Source: Candidatus Nealsonbacteria bacterium
GTDB taxonomy: Bacteria; Patescibacteriota; Minisyncoccia; Minisyncoccales; RBG-13-42-11
Reading direction: 5' to 3'
DNA length: 64,000 nucleotides
Assembly (NCBI GenBank): GCA_026396115.1
Contig: JAPLXL010000005.1
Coordinates: forward strand, 2,967 to 66,966
The translations under genes and the position numbers were made by a program. The notes beneath the pieces were generated by a model. It was not told the DNA's origin. It made no database searches and saw nothing but the letters and a program-made list of their open reading frames with translations. Positions 1 to 7,980 of the stretch are shown piece by piece (the first letter of the stretch is position 1; every line of letters begins with the position of its first letter).

Positions 1-1
1 T

Positions 2-343
2 TTCAGACAGCGTTTCCTCAACATGCTCTTCGGGCATCTGATGAGGGACCTCAAAAGGAAGGTCAAAGTAAACGGCGAGATAGTTGTAGGATTTACCGGC
101 AAGGTTGGCAGTCAGCATAAGAAGACATTCGGTTTAGCTGATAGTAATTACGTGCTGATAGGGATCTGCCAGAGACCTTATAGTCACGTAATTATTCATG
201 AAGTTGGACATGTCTTCGGTGCTGACGACCGACCCGACTCATCTGTGATGAGTAGCCAAGGATTTTCCTACACCTATGATTTCTCGCTTCAAGACAGAGA
301 AATCATCACTCGCTCACTTCTTCGATCCCCAAAGGAGAGTTAG
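2..343 (+). CDS. Metzincin-like zinc metalloprotease, C-terminal part (5' end off-window)
   Basis: Frame is open from the window edge. HEVGHVFGADD fits HExxHxxGxxD (Asp third ligand, snapalysin-like), followed by a Met-containing SSVMSS. Visibly more G+C-rich than neighbours. Confidence 0.5.
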   Translation, partial: FRQRFLNMLFGHLMRDLKRKVKVNGEIVVGFTGKVGSQHKKTFGLADSNYVLIGICQRPYSHVIIHEVGHVFGADDRPDSSVMSSQGFSYTYDFSLQDREIITRSLLRSPKES

Positions 344-471
344 GAGAAATCTTTCCAGATGTTGAAAACCATCTTAAATGTTTTCACTTCTGAAATCGAA
401 AGATTTCCTTCTTCCTCTCCTTTTTCTTTTTTACATTTGCTTCCGCTAAAAATTTTTGTTATTCTATTATT

Positions 472-588
472 ATGTTAAAATTTGAAATCATGGCGGCAGT
501 TATCCTTGCTTTTTTTATTCTGTTTTATGCTTTTAATAATCTTTTGCCGGAGATTTTGCCGGCTTCTTTATTGGAGCAAATTCGTTAA
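472..588 (+). CDS. Possible 38-aa single-TM peptide (MLKFEIMAAVILAFFILFYAFNNLLPEILPASLLEQIR)
   Basis: Manual translation. The stop abuts the acyP ATG at 589 and the core is hydrophobic. No clear SD. Confidence 0.25.
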   Translation: MLKFEIMAAVILAFFILFYAFNNLLPEILPASLLEQIR

Positions 589-909
589 ATGTTTTTCAGA
601 AAAAAAATAGAGCAAAAAAAGGGCGAAGAAAACGTGAGGGTCCATATTTTTGTTTCCGGAAGAGTCCAGGGCATTTTTTTTAGGGAAAATACCAAAAAGA
701 AAGCTGAAAAATTGGCTATTTCCGGCTGGGTTAAAAACCTTAGAGATGGCCGTCTGGAAGCGATTTTTGAAGGAGACAGAGAGAATATTGAGAAGATGGT
801 CAATTGGGCTAAAAAAGGCCCAATTTGGGCTAAAATAGACGATTTTAGCCTGGTCCGGGAGGATTATCAGGGAGAATTCAAGGAGTTTTCAATTGAATAT
901 GATATTTAA
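589..909 (+). CDS. acyP: Acylphosphatase
   Basis: About 100 aa with VSGRVQGIFFR ... GWVKNLRDGRLEAIFEG, the classic acylphosphatase signatures. Confidence 0.85.
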   Translation: MFFRKKIEQKKGEENVRVHIFVSGRVQGIFFRENTKKKAEKLAISGWVKNLRDGRLEAIFEGDRENIEKMVNWAKKGPIWAKIDDFSLVREDYQGEFKEFSIEYDI

Positions 910-920
910 TAAAAAAAGTA

Positions 921-953
921 GGCGAAGAGAACTGCGTTCTCTTCTTTACCTTC
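921..953 (-). repeat. Hairpin repeat family copy (orientation B, truncated), intergenic
   Basis: ggcgaagagaactgcgttctcttctttaccttc. GAAGAGAAC/GTTCTCTTC stem. Confidence 0.8.
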
Positions 954-975
954 ATTTTTACTTCATAAAAATTCG

Positions 976-2115
976 GTGATTGATTTTAAAATTCTTAAAA
1001 AATCAAAAAAGAGCAAAGCGAGATTGGGATTGTTAAAAACAGGGAAAGGACTGGTTGAGACGCCTTGTTTTGTAGCCGTAGCCACCCAGGCAGTTGTAAA
1101 AACTTTGGATAGCCAAGAAGTTAAAGAAACCAAAAGCCAGATTTTAATTGTCAATACCTTTCACTTGCATTTGAAACCGGGGGAAGATGTGATTAAGAAA
1201 GCCGGTGGTCTTCATCAATTTATGAATTGGCAAAGACCTCTAATGACGGATTCTGGCGGTTTTCAGGTTTTTAGCTTGGGATTTGGCAAGGATTTTGGAA
1301 TGGGAAAAATTTTGAAAAAGAGAGTTGCTAATCAAAAGATTGAATATAGTCAGCAGCCAAAACTTTTAAAAATCACCCAAGATGGAGTTTATTTTCGTTC
1401 TTTTTTGGACGGCAAAAAAGTATTTTTGGGCCCCAAAGAATCAATTAAGATTCAGGAAAAATTAGGGGCAGATATTATTTTTGCTTTTGACGAATGCACT
1501 TCACCCATAGCCGATTACAAATACACTAAAAAATCTTTGGAAAGAACTCATCGATGGGCAAGAATTTGTTTAAAAGAGAAAAAGTCCAGTCAAGCTCTTT
1601 TTGGCATTGTCCAGGGCGGCAGATATAAGGACTTGAGAGTTGAAAGCGCCGGATTTTTGGGAGATTTGCCTTTTGACGGTTTTGGAATCGGCGGTGAATT
1701 CGGAGACAATAAAGAGAAAATGCTGGAAATGTTAAATTGGGTAATTAAAGAATTGCCGGAACAAAAACCCAGGCATCTTTTGGGAATCGGCTATTTGGAA
1801 GATATTCCCAGAATTATTGAAAGGGGAGCGGATTTATTTGACTGCAGCGTTCCCACTCATTATGCCAGGCGGGGGATTGCTTTTACATCTATGGGTAAAT
1901 TAGATTTAGGAAAAATTGAATTTTTGAAAGATAAATCTCCGCTTGATAAAAAATGTTCTTGTTTTGTCTGTCAAAATTATACCAGAAATTATATTTCCCA
2001 TCTTTTCCGGGCAAAAGAAATCACCGCTCTTAAATTATTAACCTTTCACAATCTTTATTTTTTTAACAGTTTTGTTGAAAAGATAAGAAAGAAAATAAAA
2101 GAGGGAAAAATATGA
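976..2115 (+). CDS. tgt: tRNA-guanine transglycosylase (queuine tRNA-ribosyltransferase)
   Basis: 379 aa. ARLGLLKTGKGLVETPCF N-terminus, MTDSGGFQVFSL, and a C-terminal Zn site C..CxxC..H pattern (CSCFVCQNYTRNYISHLF). Confidence 0.9.
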   Translation: MIDFKILKKSKKSKARLGLLKTGKGLVETPCFVAVATQAVVKTLDSQEVKETKSQILIVNTFHLHLKPGEDVIKKAGGLHQFMNWQRPLMTDSGGFQVFSLGFGKDFGMGKILKKRVANQKIEYSQQPKLLKITQDGVYFRSFLDGKKVFLGPKESIKIQEKLGADIIFAFDECTSPIADYKYTKKSLERTHRWARICLKEKKSSQALFGIVQGGRYKDLRVESAGFLGDLPFDGFGIGGEFGDNKEKMLEMLNWVIKELPEQKPRHLLGIGYLEDIPRIIERGADLFDCSVPTHYARRGIAFTSMGKLDLGKIEFLKDKSPLDKKCSCFVCQNYTRNYISHLFRAKEITALKLLTFHNLYFFNSFVEKIRKKIKEGKI

Positions 2116-2583
2116 AAAAACAATTAATATTTTTTAGAAACCGAGCTTCCGAAGGAAGCGAAGGTGAAGAAGAGAATGGAATTCTCTTCGCCAAATATAT
2201 TTTTTCTCTTTGGAAATTTATTTTAGCGGCTGTTTTGGTTTTTGTTTTTGCCGCTTTTAACGGTTATTTTTTTGCTCAAAACTCGCCTTTGGAAACGAAG
2301 CTGGTTTTGGAAAATCTTCAGGAAGTGCTTGGGCCCATAGTAGAGATGACGCCTTTTGGCCAGTTTTTATTTGTTGTTTTAAACTTCTGGCTTGCGCTAT
2401 TGGTTTAAAACTTGGAAAAACTCTACTTGATAGAGTTTTCAAAAACCGAGCCCCGCAAAAGCTTGGCGAAGCAGATATTAAAACAGAATTAAATACTGCT
2501 TTAGTTTTTTTTATAAAAGTTTTATTTCCTCTTTTGCTTTTGGCAGCTGCCGTTGAAATTTTCATCACCGGTCAGCTTTTGTA
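2112..2583 (+). pseudogene. SpoIIM-like membrane protein, apparently disrupted (frame change near 2405) with a repeat element in its N-terminus
   Basis: ORF 2112-2408 ends in LNFWLALLV*. The -1 frame from 2405 continues to ...LFPLLLLAAAVEIFITGQLL*, a SpoIIM-type C-terminus. The central TM region seems to be missing. Confidence 0.4.
2140..2192 (+). repeat. Hairpin repeat family copy (orientation A), in-frame in the N-terminus of the 2112 ORF
   Basis: accgagcttccgaaggaagcgaaggtgaagaagagaatggaattctcttcgcc, translated as RASEGSEGEEENGILFA. Confidence 0.85.
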
Positions 2584-2593
2584 GAAACAAAAC

Positions 2594-2622
2594 AAAAAAC
2601 CCGGCAAACGCCGGGTTTTTTG
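2594..2622. terminator. Bidirectional rho-independent terminator between convergent genes
   Basis: aaaaaaCCCGGCaaacGCCGGGtttttt. GC stem flanked by A-run and T-run. Confidence 0.8.
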
Positions 2623-2632
2623 TTTTTTAGGA

Positions 2633-2809
2633 TTATCTGTTGAAATCTCTTTTTGGTCTTCTTTTTGACCAGCACTCTTTGCAGTAAATAGGTCTGTCTT
2701 GAGCTGGTTCAAAAGGAAGTTCGGTGATTTCTACCCCGCAGTCTGAGCATTTCCAATTGCCTTTGACTGTTTCCCGGGGCCTAAATCCTCTATCTGAATC
2801 GAACGCCAT
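2633..2809 (-). CDS. Small CxxC...CxxC zinc-ribbon protein
   Basis: MAFDSDRGF...KCSDCGVEITELPFEPAQDRPIYCKECW. The tracked ORF start (2860) lies inside a repeat element, so the ATG at 2809 is preferred. Confidence 0.6.
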   Translation of the reverse strand: MAFDSDRGFRPRETVKGNWKCSDCGVEITELPFEPAQDRPIYCKECWSKRRPKRDFNR

Positions 2810-2819
2810 GTTATTTATT

Positions 2820-2875
2820 GGCGAAGAGAACTTTGTTCTCTTCTTTACCTTCGCTTCCATAAATGGAAGCTCGGT
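2820..2875 (-). repeat. Hairpin repeat family copy (orientation B, full two-hairpin form)
   Basis: ggcgaagagaactttgttctcttctttaccttcgcttccataaatggaagctcggt. Confidence 0.85.
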
Positions 2876-3071
2876 TTTTGATGAATGAAAAGCGACCTTG
2901 AAACTCTAAGTCGCTACACTTAACTACTGCTAAGCTACTTCGACTTATTGTCTACTGCTGATTATATAGCATCCATAAACAATGTCAAGTCTTAGCTTGA
3001 CCATAATCTTCGACCATGGGAGTAGACAAGAGATCTCAAAAATGGCAAAATTAAACTAAGCTTTAAAAAAA

Positions 3072-3410
3072 ATGCCAAAAAAAGTAAAATCTTTTGATGA
3101 AGAATCATATAAAAAGATTAGAATTATTGACCTGATTCTTTTTGGTATCAATTCAATAATAGAAAACAAAGAAAAATGTACGTTTGAAAAATTGATTAAA
3201 GAATGCTTTATTTTATTTCCCAAGGCCTTTAGTTTTTCTCAAAGTCCTGAATGGCCGGACTCTCGAAAACTCGATCGGACGCTTCGAACCCTAAGAAAAA
3301 GAAAATTAATCACTGGCAACCCTCAAACATTTTTTTCTCTTACCAAGGATGGAAAACAAATAGCCGAAGAGACGGCAAAAGCTTTCCGACAGAGAAAATT
3401 ATTTAAATAA
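3072..3410 (+). CDS. Hypothetical protein (possibly winged-helix-like)
   Basis: 112-aa ORF with compact context. No motif recognised. Confidence 0.45.
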   Translation: MPKKVKSFDEESYKKIRIIDLILFGINSIIENKEKCTFEKLIKECFILFPKAFSFSQSPEWPDSRKLDRTLRTLRKRKLITGNPQTFFSLTKDGKQIAEETAKAFRQRKLFK

Positions 3411-3422
3411 ATCCTGCACCGA

Positions 3423-3613
3423 GGGCGAAGAAGATAAATCTTCTTCTTTACCCTTCGCTGCAGCTCGGGTGGGCGAAGAAGATAAATCTTCTTCTTTATC
3501 CTTCGCTGTAGCTCGGGTGGGCGAAGAAGATAAATCTTCTTCTTTACCCTTCGCTGTAGCTCGGGTGGGCGAAGAAAATAGATTTTCTTCTTCCCCCTCG
3601 CTCCGCTCGGGAG
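3423..3613 (-). repeat. Tandem array: 4 head-to-tail units (48-nt period) of the hairpin repeat family
   Basis: Units start at 3423, 3471, 3519 and 3567. Example: gggcgaagaagataaatcttcttctttacccttcgctgcagctcgggt. No spacers between units. Confidence 0.9.
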
Positions 3614-3633
3614 GGAGAAATTTAATTTTAGGG

Positions 3634-3662
3634 TTGACAAGATTAAAATTTTAATATATAAT
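3634..3662 (+). promoter_or_regulatory. Consensus sigma70-type promoter
   Basis: TTGACA (3634-3639), 17-nt spacer, TATAAT (3657-3662). Followed by SD aaaggagg and the ATG at 3694. Confidence 0.7.
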
Positions 3663-3693
3663 AAGACATCAATTCCAAAAAGGAGGAATAAAT

Positions 3694-4185
3694 ATGTTCA
3701 TTAAAAAAGCCTTGATTGTTGCGATTTTTTTGTTTTTTATCTTTAATTGTCTCGGGACTGATGCCTGCGCAGAAAATAAAGCAGAAAATAAAATACTGAT
3801 TCTTTTGTATTATCTCAACACCAAAATGGTCTTGCAAGAGTTTCCGTTTGAGCCGGAAAAAGCGGTATTTCCCGTTTACAGGGAAATACCAAAAAGCGCA
3901 ACCTTGATAAGGGACACGATAGAATTTCTTATAAGTGAAGAACTGACGAAACAGGAAGAGGAACTCGGATTTATTACAGAGTTTCCTCACCCGGGATTTA
4001 AGTTGATTGGTTTAGATTTAAAAAAAGATGGTACGTTAGTCTTGGAATTTACGGAAATATTTGGTTTTACCACTGGAGGCGCGTCGAGAATACTGGTGAT
4101 ACGAGAGCAAATTGAAAAAACCGCTCTCCAATTCGCAGCCGTGAAAAGAATTGAATTCTATCCGGAAAGTCTCTTCCAACCTTAG
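3694..4185 (+). CDS. GerMN-domain exported protein
   Basis: N-terminal signal/TM. The C-terminal pattern DGTLVLEF...GGASRILVIREQIEKTALQF..VKRIEF is typical of GerMN domains. Confidence 0.6.
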   Translation: MFIKKALIVAIFLFFIFNCLGTDACAENKAENKILILLYYLNTKMVLQEFPFEPEKAVFPVYREIPKSATLIRDTIEFLISEELTKQEEELGFITEFPHPGFKLIGLDLKKDGTLVLEFTEIFGFTTGGASRILVIREQIEKTALQFAAVKRIEFYPESLFQP

Positions 4186-4200
4186 AATCTTAATCATTAA

Positions 4201-4237
4201 GCCGAGAATTAATTCGAGAATTATTCTCGGCTTTTTC
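4201..4237 (+). terminator. Rho-independent terminator
   Basis: GCCGAGAAT...ATTCTCGGC 9-bp stem followed by ttttt. Confidence 0.75.
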
Positions 4238-4287
4238 TTTGCCAAAAACCTTATGTCGCCTGCTCCTGGCTCTGTGATTTTTGCCAC

Positions 4288-4315
4288 TTGACTTAATTTT
4301 ACTTTGCTTTACAAT
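4288..4315 (+). promoter_or_regulatory. Putative promoter
   Basis: TTGACT, 16-nt spacer, TACAAT, 14 nt upstream of the ATG at 4330. Confidence 0.5.
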
Positions 4316-4329
4316 TTTTATTAAGGCAT

Positions 4330-6345
4330 ATGGCTAATTTTTTGAAAAAGAAAATTGAGGGAAGAATAGCTTTAGCTATTTTAATTGGAGTTTTTCTAAT
4401 CGCCGTTTTGGCTATTTGGGTTTCTTATAAAAATTTAGAATTTGAATTTGGAGTTTCTTTACCCCCTATTTCTTTTCCTCAAGTCCCTTTTATTTCCTCC
4501 CCAAAACTCGAAGGAATTAAAAAATTTTCTGATGAAGAAGAGTTTAAGAGTTATTTAGAAGAGACAGAAGCAGCAGCCGAATATTTGGGTTTGGGGGGAT
4601 TGGCCTTAGAGAGAGTAATGGGGCCTACTTCCTTAATTGAAGCTCCTTTTATGGCCGAAAAAGCTGCTTTGCCAGAAAGAGTTTCTGAAACCACGGTTCA
4701 AGTGCCTGGTATTGATGAGCCAGATATTGTCAAAACCGATGGTAAGGAAATTTATTTTTCTCCCGGAAGGATTTGGCCAATTTGGCGAGAACCAATGATA
4801 ATGGAGGAAAAAATAATTTCGCCCTACGAAGAAGCCAAAACTGAACTCATCAAAGCGTATCCCTCGGCTGATTTGGCTTTGGATGGCGAGATTGAGCGGT
4901 CGGGCGATTTGCTCTTAGTGAAAGATATTTTAGTGATTTTCTCCGGTCAAGATATCGAGGGCTACGATGTTTCCAATCCTAAAACACCTGAAAAGAAATG
5001 GGAGATAAAATTGGAAGAGAAAAATTCAATTGTTACCTCACGGCTTTACAAAGATAAAATCTATTTGATAACTAAAAATTTAATTGATGAGATTCATCCT
5101 TGTCCAATTAAGCCTTTACTTATTGAAGGAAAACCCTTAACAATTGAATGTCGAGAAATTTATCATCCTGTTTTACCTGTTCCGCTAGATGTTACTTTTT
5201 TAGCCATGGTTTTAGACCCTGTTTCAGGAGAAATTGAAAACAAAGTTTCTTTTGTTGGTTCCTCCGGCCAATCGGTAGTTTATATGTCCGAGAAAGCAAT
5301 TTATATTACTTATTCTTATTATGAGAGTATTGTTAAGTTTTTTTCCAAATTTTTAAAAGAAAAATGCCGAGATTTAATTCCCAATTTGGTTTTAGAAAAG
5401 CTTGAAAAATTAGAAGGTTATGATCTCAGTCAGCAAGCCAAACTCTTGGAATTGCAAACCATTTTAGAAAAATATCAAAGCTCTTTAACCGAAGATGAAA
5501 GATTAAGAGTTGAAAACGAGTTGACCGATCGAATGTCAGATTATTACAAGGAAGAAAAAAGAGAATTAGAAAAGACAGGGATTTTAAAAATTGGATTGGA
5601 AAAATTCGAAATAACAGCCACGGGCAATGTTCCGGGTTCTCCCTTAAATCAGTTTGCTTTAGATGAATATCAAGAAAATCTGAGAATTGCGATAACTATT
5701 GGTGAAAGGTTTGGATGGTTTGGTTTTGGAATGGGTGGGGGAGAATCAGCCAATGATGTTTATGTCTTGGATAAAAATTTGGAAGTCCTTGGTTCAATAA
5801 AAGATTTAGGTCTGAAAGAGAGAATTTATTCAGCCAGATTCATTGAAGACAAGGGCTATTTGGTTACTTTCCGCCAGATTGATCCTTTTTATGTTTTAGA
5901 TTTATCCGATCCTCAAAAGCCGGAATTAAAAGGCGAGTTGAAAATTCCAGGGTACTCTTCTTATTTGCATCCCATCACAAAAGACAAAATTTTGGGTATT
6001 GGACAAGAAGATTGGAAGGTGAAAATTTCTCTTTTTGATGTGGCTCTGGCGGAAAATCCCAAAGAATTAGATAAATACATTTTAGATGAATCTTGGTCAG
6101 ACATTCTTTCCACTCACCATGCCTTTTTGCTGGATAAATACCATGAAATCTTTTTCTTACCCGGCAGTCGGGGCGGCTATGTTTTTTCTTATAAAAATGA
6201 TAAATTAGGATTGATAAAAGCAGTCAGCGGAATTTCAGCTAGAAGGGCAGTCTATATTGACGATTATTTATACATTATTGGCGATAACAAAATTACGGTT
6301 TTGAATGAAATTGACTGGCAAAAAGTTAAGGAACTCGAACTTTAG
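4330..6345 (+). CDS. Secreted/anchored beta-propeller domain protein (PF09826/COG4880-like)
   Basis: N-terminal TM. TTVQVPGIDEPDIVKTDGKEIYF and the C-terminal PGYSSYLHP...LLDKYHEIFFLP pattern are typical of this family. Confidence 0.7.
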   Translation: MANFLKKKIEGRIALAILIGVFLIAVLAIWVSYKNLEFEFGVSLPPISFPQVPFISSPKLEGIKKFSDEEEFKSYLEETEAAAEYLGLGGLALERVMGPTSLIEAPFMAEKAALPERVSETTVQVPGIDEPDIVKTDGKEIYFSPGRIWPIWREPMIMEEKIISPYEEAKTELIKAYPSADLALDGEIERSGDLLLVKDILVIFSGQDIEGYDVSNPKTPEKKWEIKLEEKNSIVTSRLYKDKIYLITKNLIDEIHPCPIKPLLIEGKPLTIECREIYHPVLPVPLDVTFLAMVLDPVSGEIENKVSFVGSSGQSVVYMSEKAIYITYSYYESIVKFFSKFLKEKCRDLIPNLVLEKLEKLEGYDLSQQAKLLELQTILEKYQSSLTEDERLRVENELTDRMSDYYKEEKRELEKTGILKIGLEKFEITATGNVPGSPLNQFALDEYQENLRIAITIGERFGWFGFGMGGGESANDVYVLDKNLEVLGSIKDLGLKERIYSARFIEDKGYLVTFRQIDPFYVLDLSDPQKPELKGELKIPGYSSYLHPITKDKILGIGQEDWKVKISLFDVALAENPKELDKYILDESWSDILSTHHAFLLDKYHEIFFLPGSRGGYVFSYKNDKLGLIKAVSGISARRAVYIDDYLYIIGDNKITVLNEIDWQKVKELEL

Positions 6346-6376
6346 TGGTGCCTAAGCAATTTTAGCAAAGTAGAGG

Positions 6377-6401
6377 AACAGCTCTCTGAAGCTGTTTTTT
6401 T
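6377..6401 (+). terminator. Rho-independent terminator
   Basis: AACAGCT-ctctga-AGCTGTT followed by ttttt. Confidence 0.75.
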
Positions 6402-6422
6402 GTCTGAGTTTAGCCGGAGGGC

Positions 6423-6451
6423 TTGACAAAAAAATAATGTTTGATAAGATT
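6423..6451 (+). promoter_or_regulatory. Consensus promoter with extended -10
   Basis: TTGACA (6423-6428), 17-nt spacer, TAAGAT, with TG at -15/-14 (tgaTAAGAT). Confidence 0.65.
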
Positions 6452-6457
6452 AAAGTG

Positions 6458-6710
6458 TCCTTTTAAAATAAAGAACATCGTGCTGGGCGGGAGCCACCAA
6501 GGTTTGAATAATAATCTCATTGTCCCCAACTAATTATTAGGTGAGCGAAGCGAAGCGAATTTCTTACGATGAGAATATTATTTCAACTCTTAACCTTTGT
6601 GAGCGCAAAGCTTACACAGTACTTCAAGAGAGAAGAATGCACAAACTTCCATTGTATTAAACTTCTATATAGCTTGTACAAATTGACATTCTTCTCTCTT
6701 TTTCTTTTGG
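6458..6710 (+). ncRNA. Candidate ~250-nt non-coding transcript or greA leader (unclassified)
   Basis: Bounded by the 6423 promoter and a 13-bp perfect hairpin (AGAGAGAAGAATG 6627-6639 / CATTCTTCTCTCT 6687-6699) plus a T-rich tail. No plausible ORF. Internal 14-bp stem around 6517-6530 / 6583-6596. Confidence 0.35.
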
Positions 6711-6754
6711 CGGAGACGGTTTTTTGGTAGAATAAAAAGGGCAGAATAATAATA

Positions 6755-6847
6755 GGCGAAGAGAACTTTGTTCTCTTCTTCACCTACCCGAGTCGCAACG
6801 ACGGGTGAAAAAGAGATTTATCTCTTTGATTCCTTCGAAAGCTCGGT
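6755..6847. repeat. Composite of hairpin repeat family units (B half + A unit + B tail) in the greA 5' region
   Basis: ggcgaagagaactttgttctcttcttcacct / acccgagtcgcaacgacgggtgaaaaagagatttatctctttgat / tccttcgaaagctcggt. Confidence 0.75.
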
Positions 6848-6882
6848 ATATGAAAAAAATTAATATTATGGAATGTAAAAAT

Positions 6883-7335
6883 ATGGTAAAATATTTAACC
6901 AAGGAGGGCTTGGAGAAATTCAAAAAAGAGCTTGATTATTTGGAAAAAGTCAAAAGAAAAGAAATTTCAGAAAGAATAAGGCATACTGTTTCCCAGGGCG
7001 ATTTGAAAGAAAATGCGGGTTACGATGCCGCCAAGGAAGAACAGGGTTTTATTGAAGGAAGAATAAAAGAATTAAAAGAAATTCTTTCCCAGGCCAAAAT
7101 TATTGAAAAGAGAGAAGGCAATAAGGTTCAAATAGGTTCTTTTGTTTGTTTGGAATCAGACGAAGGAGAAAAAAGTTTTCAAGTTGTCGGACCGGAAGAA
7201 TCAGATATTTTACAGGGGAAAATATCATTTAAATCTCCTTTGGGCAGCGCGATTTTAAACAAGAAGAAAGGAGATATTGTGGAGATTGATACTCCGGAGG
7301 GCAGAAAAGAATATGAAATTATTGAGATTAAATAG
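6883..7335 (+). CDS. greA: Transcription elongation factor GreA
   Basis: MVKYLTKEGLEKFKKELDYL...GDLKENAGYDAAKEEQ. The start was moved to the ATG at 6883 because the tracked 5' extension is repeat sequence. Confidence 0.9.
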   Translation: MVKYLTKEGLEKFKKELDYLEKVKRKEISERIRHTVSQGDLKENAGYDAAKEEQGFIEGRIKELKEILSQAKIIEKREGNKVQIGSFVCLESDEGEKSFQVVGPEESDILQGKISFKSPLGSAILNKKKGDIVEIDTPEGRKEYEIIEIK

Positions 7336-7341
7336 TCGAAG

Positions 7342-7884
7342 ATGAAAAAATTAATTTTTATTGGAATATTAATAATTGCTTTGGTTGTTTTGTTTTTTGT
7401 CCTGAATTACAAAGGCGTTGAAGCGCCGGTAATCGCTATAAATTCTTTTGAAGAATGCGCTAAAGCAGGATATCCAATTTTGGAATCTTATCCCCGTCAG
7501 TGCAAAACGCCAGATGGGAAGACATTTGTTGAGGATATTGGCAATGAGCTTGAGAAAATAGATTTAATTAAACTTGAAAATCCGCGACCAAATCAGACAA
7601 TAGTCAACCCTTTATTTATAAAAGGAGAGGCGAGAGGATATTGGTTTTTTGAAGCCAGTTTTCCAATTCGGCTTTATGACGGCACAGGCAAGGAGATCGC
7701 TTTAACTATTGCTCAAGCTAAAAGCGACTGGATGACAGAAGACTTCGTTCCTTTTGAGGCGGTTTTAGAATTTACGGCTTCCGATACTAAAGAGGGAATT
7801 TTGGTTTTTAAAAAAGACAATCCTTCCGGTCTTCCAGAATTAGACGATGAGTTAAGAATCCCAATTAAATTCTTCGGTTTATAA
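7342..7884 (+). CDS. Gmad2 immunoglobulin-like domain exported protein
   Basis: Signal/TM, then IVNPLFIKGEARGYWFFEASFPIRLYD, typical of Gmad2 (PF10648). Confidence 0.6.
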   Translation: MKKLIFIGILIIALVVLFFVLNYKGVEAPVIAINSFEECAKAGYPILESYPRQCKTPDGKTFVEDIGNELEKIDLIKLENPRPNQTIVNPLFIKGEARGYWFFEASFPIRLYDGTGKEIALTIAQAKSDWMTEDFVPFEAVLEFTASDTKEGILVFKKDNPSGLPELDDELRIPIKFFGL

Positions 7885-7888
7885 GGAT

Positions 7889-7917
7889 TTGACTTTTTTT
7901 AAGATTTTTGATATAAT
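7889..7917 (+). promoter_or_regulatory. Near-consensus promoter
   Basis: TTGACT, 17-nt spacer, TATAAT, with an upstream TG (tgaTATAAT). Confidence 0.65.
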
Positions 7918-7980
7918 TTAAGCAGTTAAAGGCATTGTGCCTTGTTTTCAGAAAAAATACGGAAAGGATGGTGCAGAGTA

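Noticed and set aside
3423-3613. Possible CRISPR array (regular repeats)
   Set aside because: The 48-nt units are directly adjacent with no unique spacers, they belong to the dispersed hairpin repeat family, and no cas genes are in the window.
3323-3654. Tracked ORFs 3323-3640(-) and 3469-3654(+) with periodic protein sequence
   Set aside because: Both are read-throughs of the 48-nt (16-codon) tandem repeat. The periodic KKKIYLLRPPELQRRV-type sequence is an artefact, and the minus ORF also overlaps the 3' end of ORF 3072-3410.
6458-6710. Assigning the candidate RNA to SRP RNA or 6S RNA
   Set aside because: A short resemblance (cGTGCTggGCGGGAG) to the Bacillus-type SRP Alu region was noticed. 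However, no helix-8 GGAA-tetraloop or AGCA motif could be found, and no end-to-end closing helix either. The class is left unassigned.
6583-6783. Tracked ORF 6583-6783(-)
   Set aside because: It starts inside a repeat copy (MKKRTKFSSP is the repeat read in reverse), crosses the terminator hairpin and lacks any motif. The same MKKRTKFSSP or MEAKVKKRTKFSSP artefact appears at 2860.
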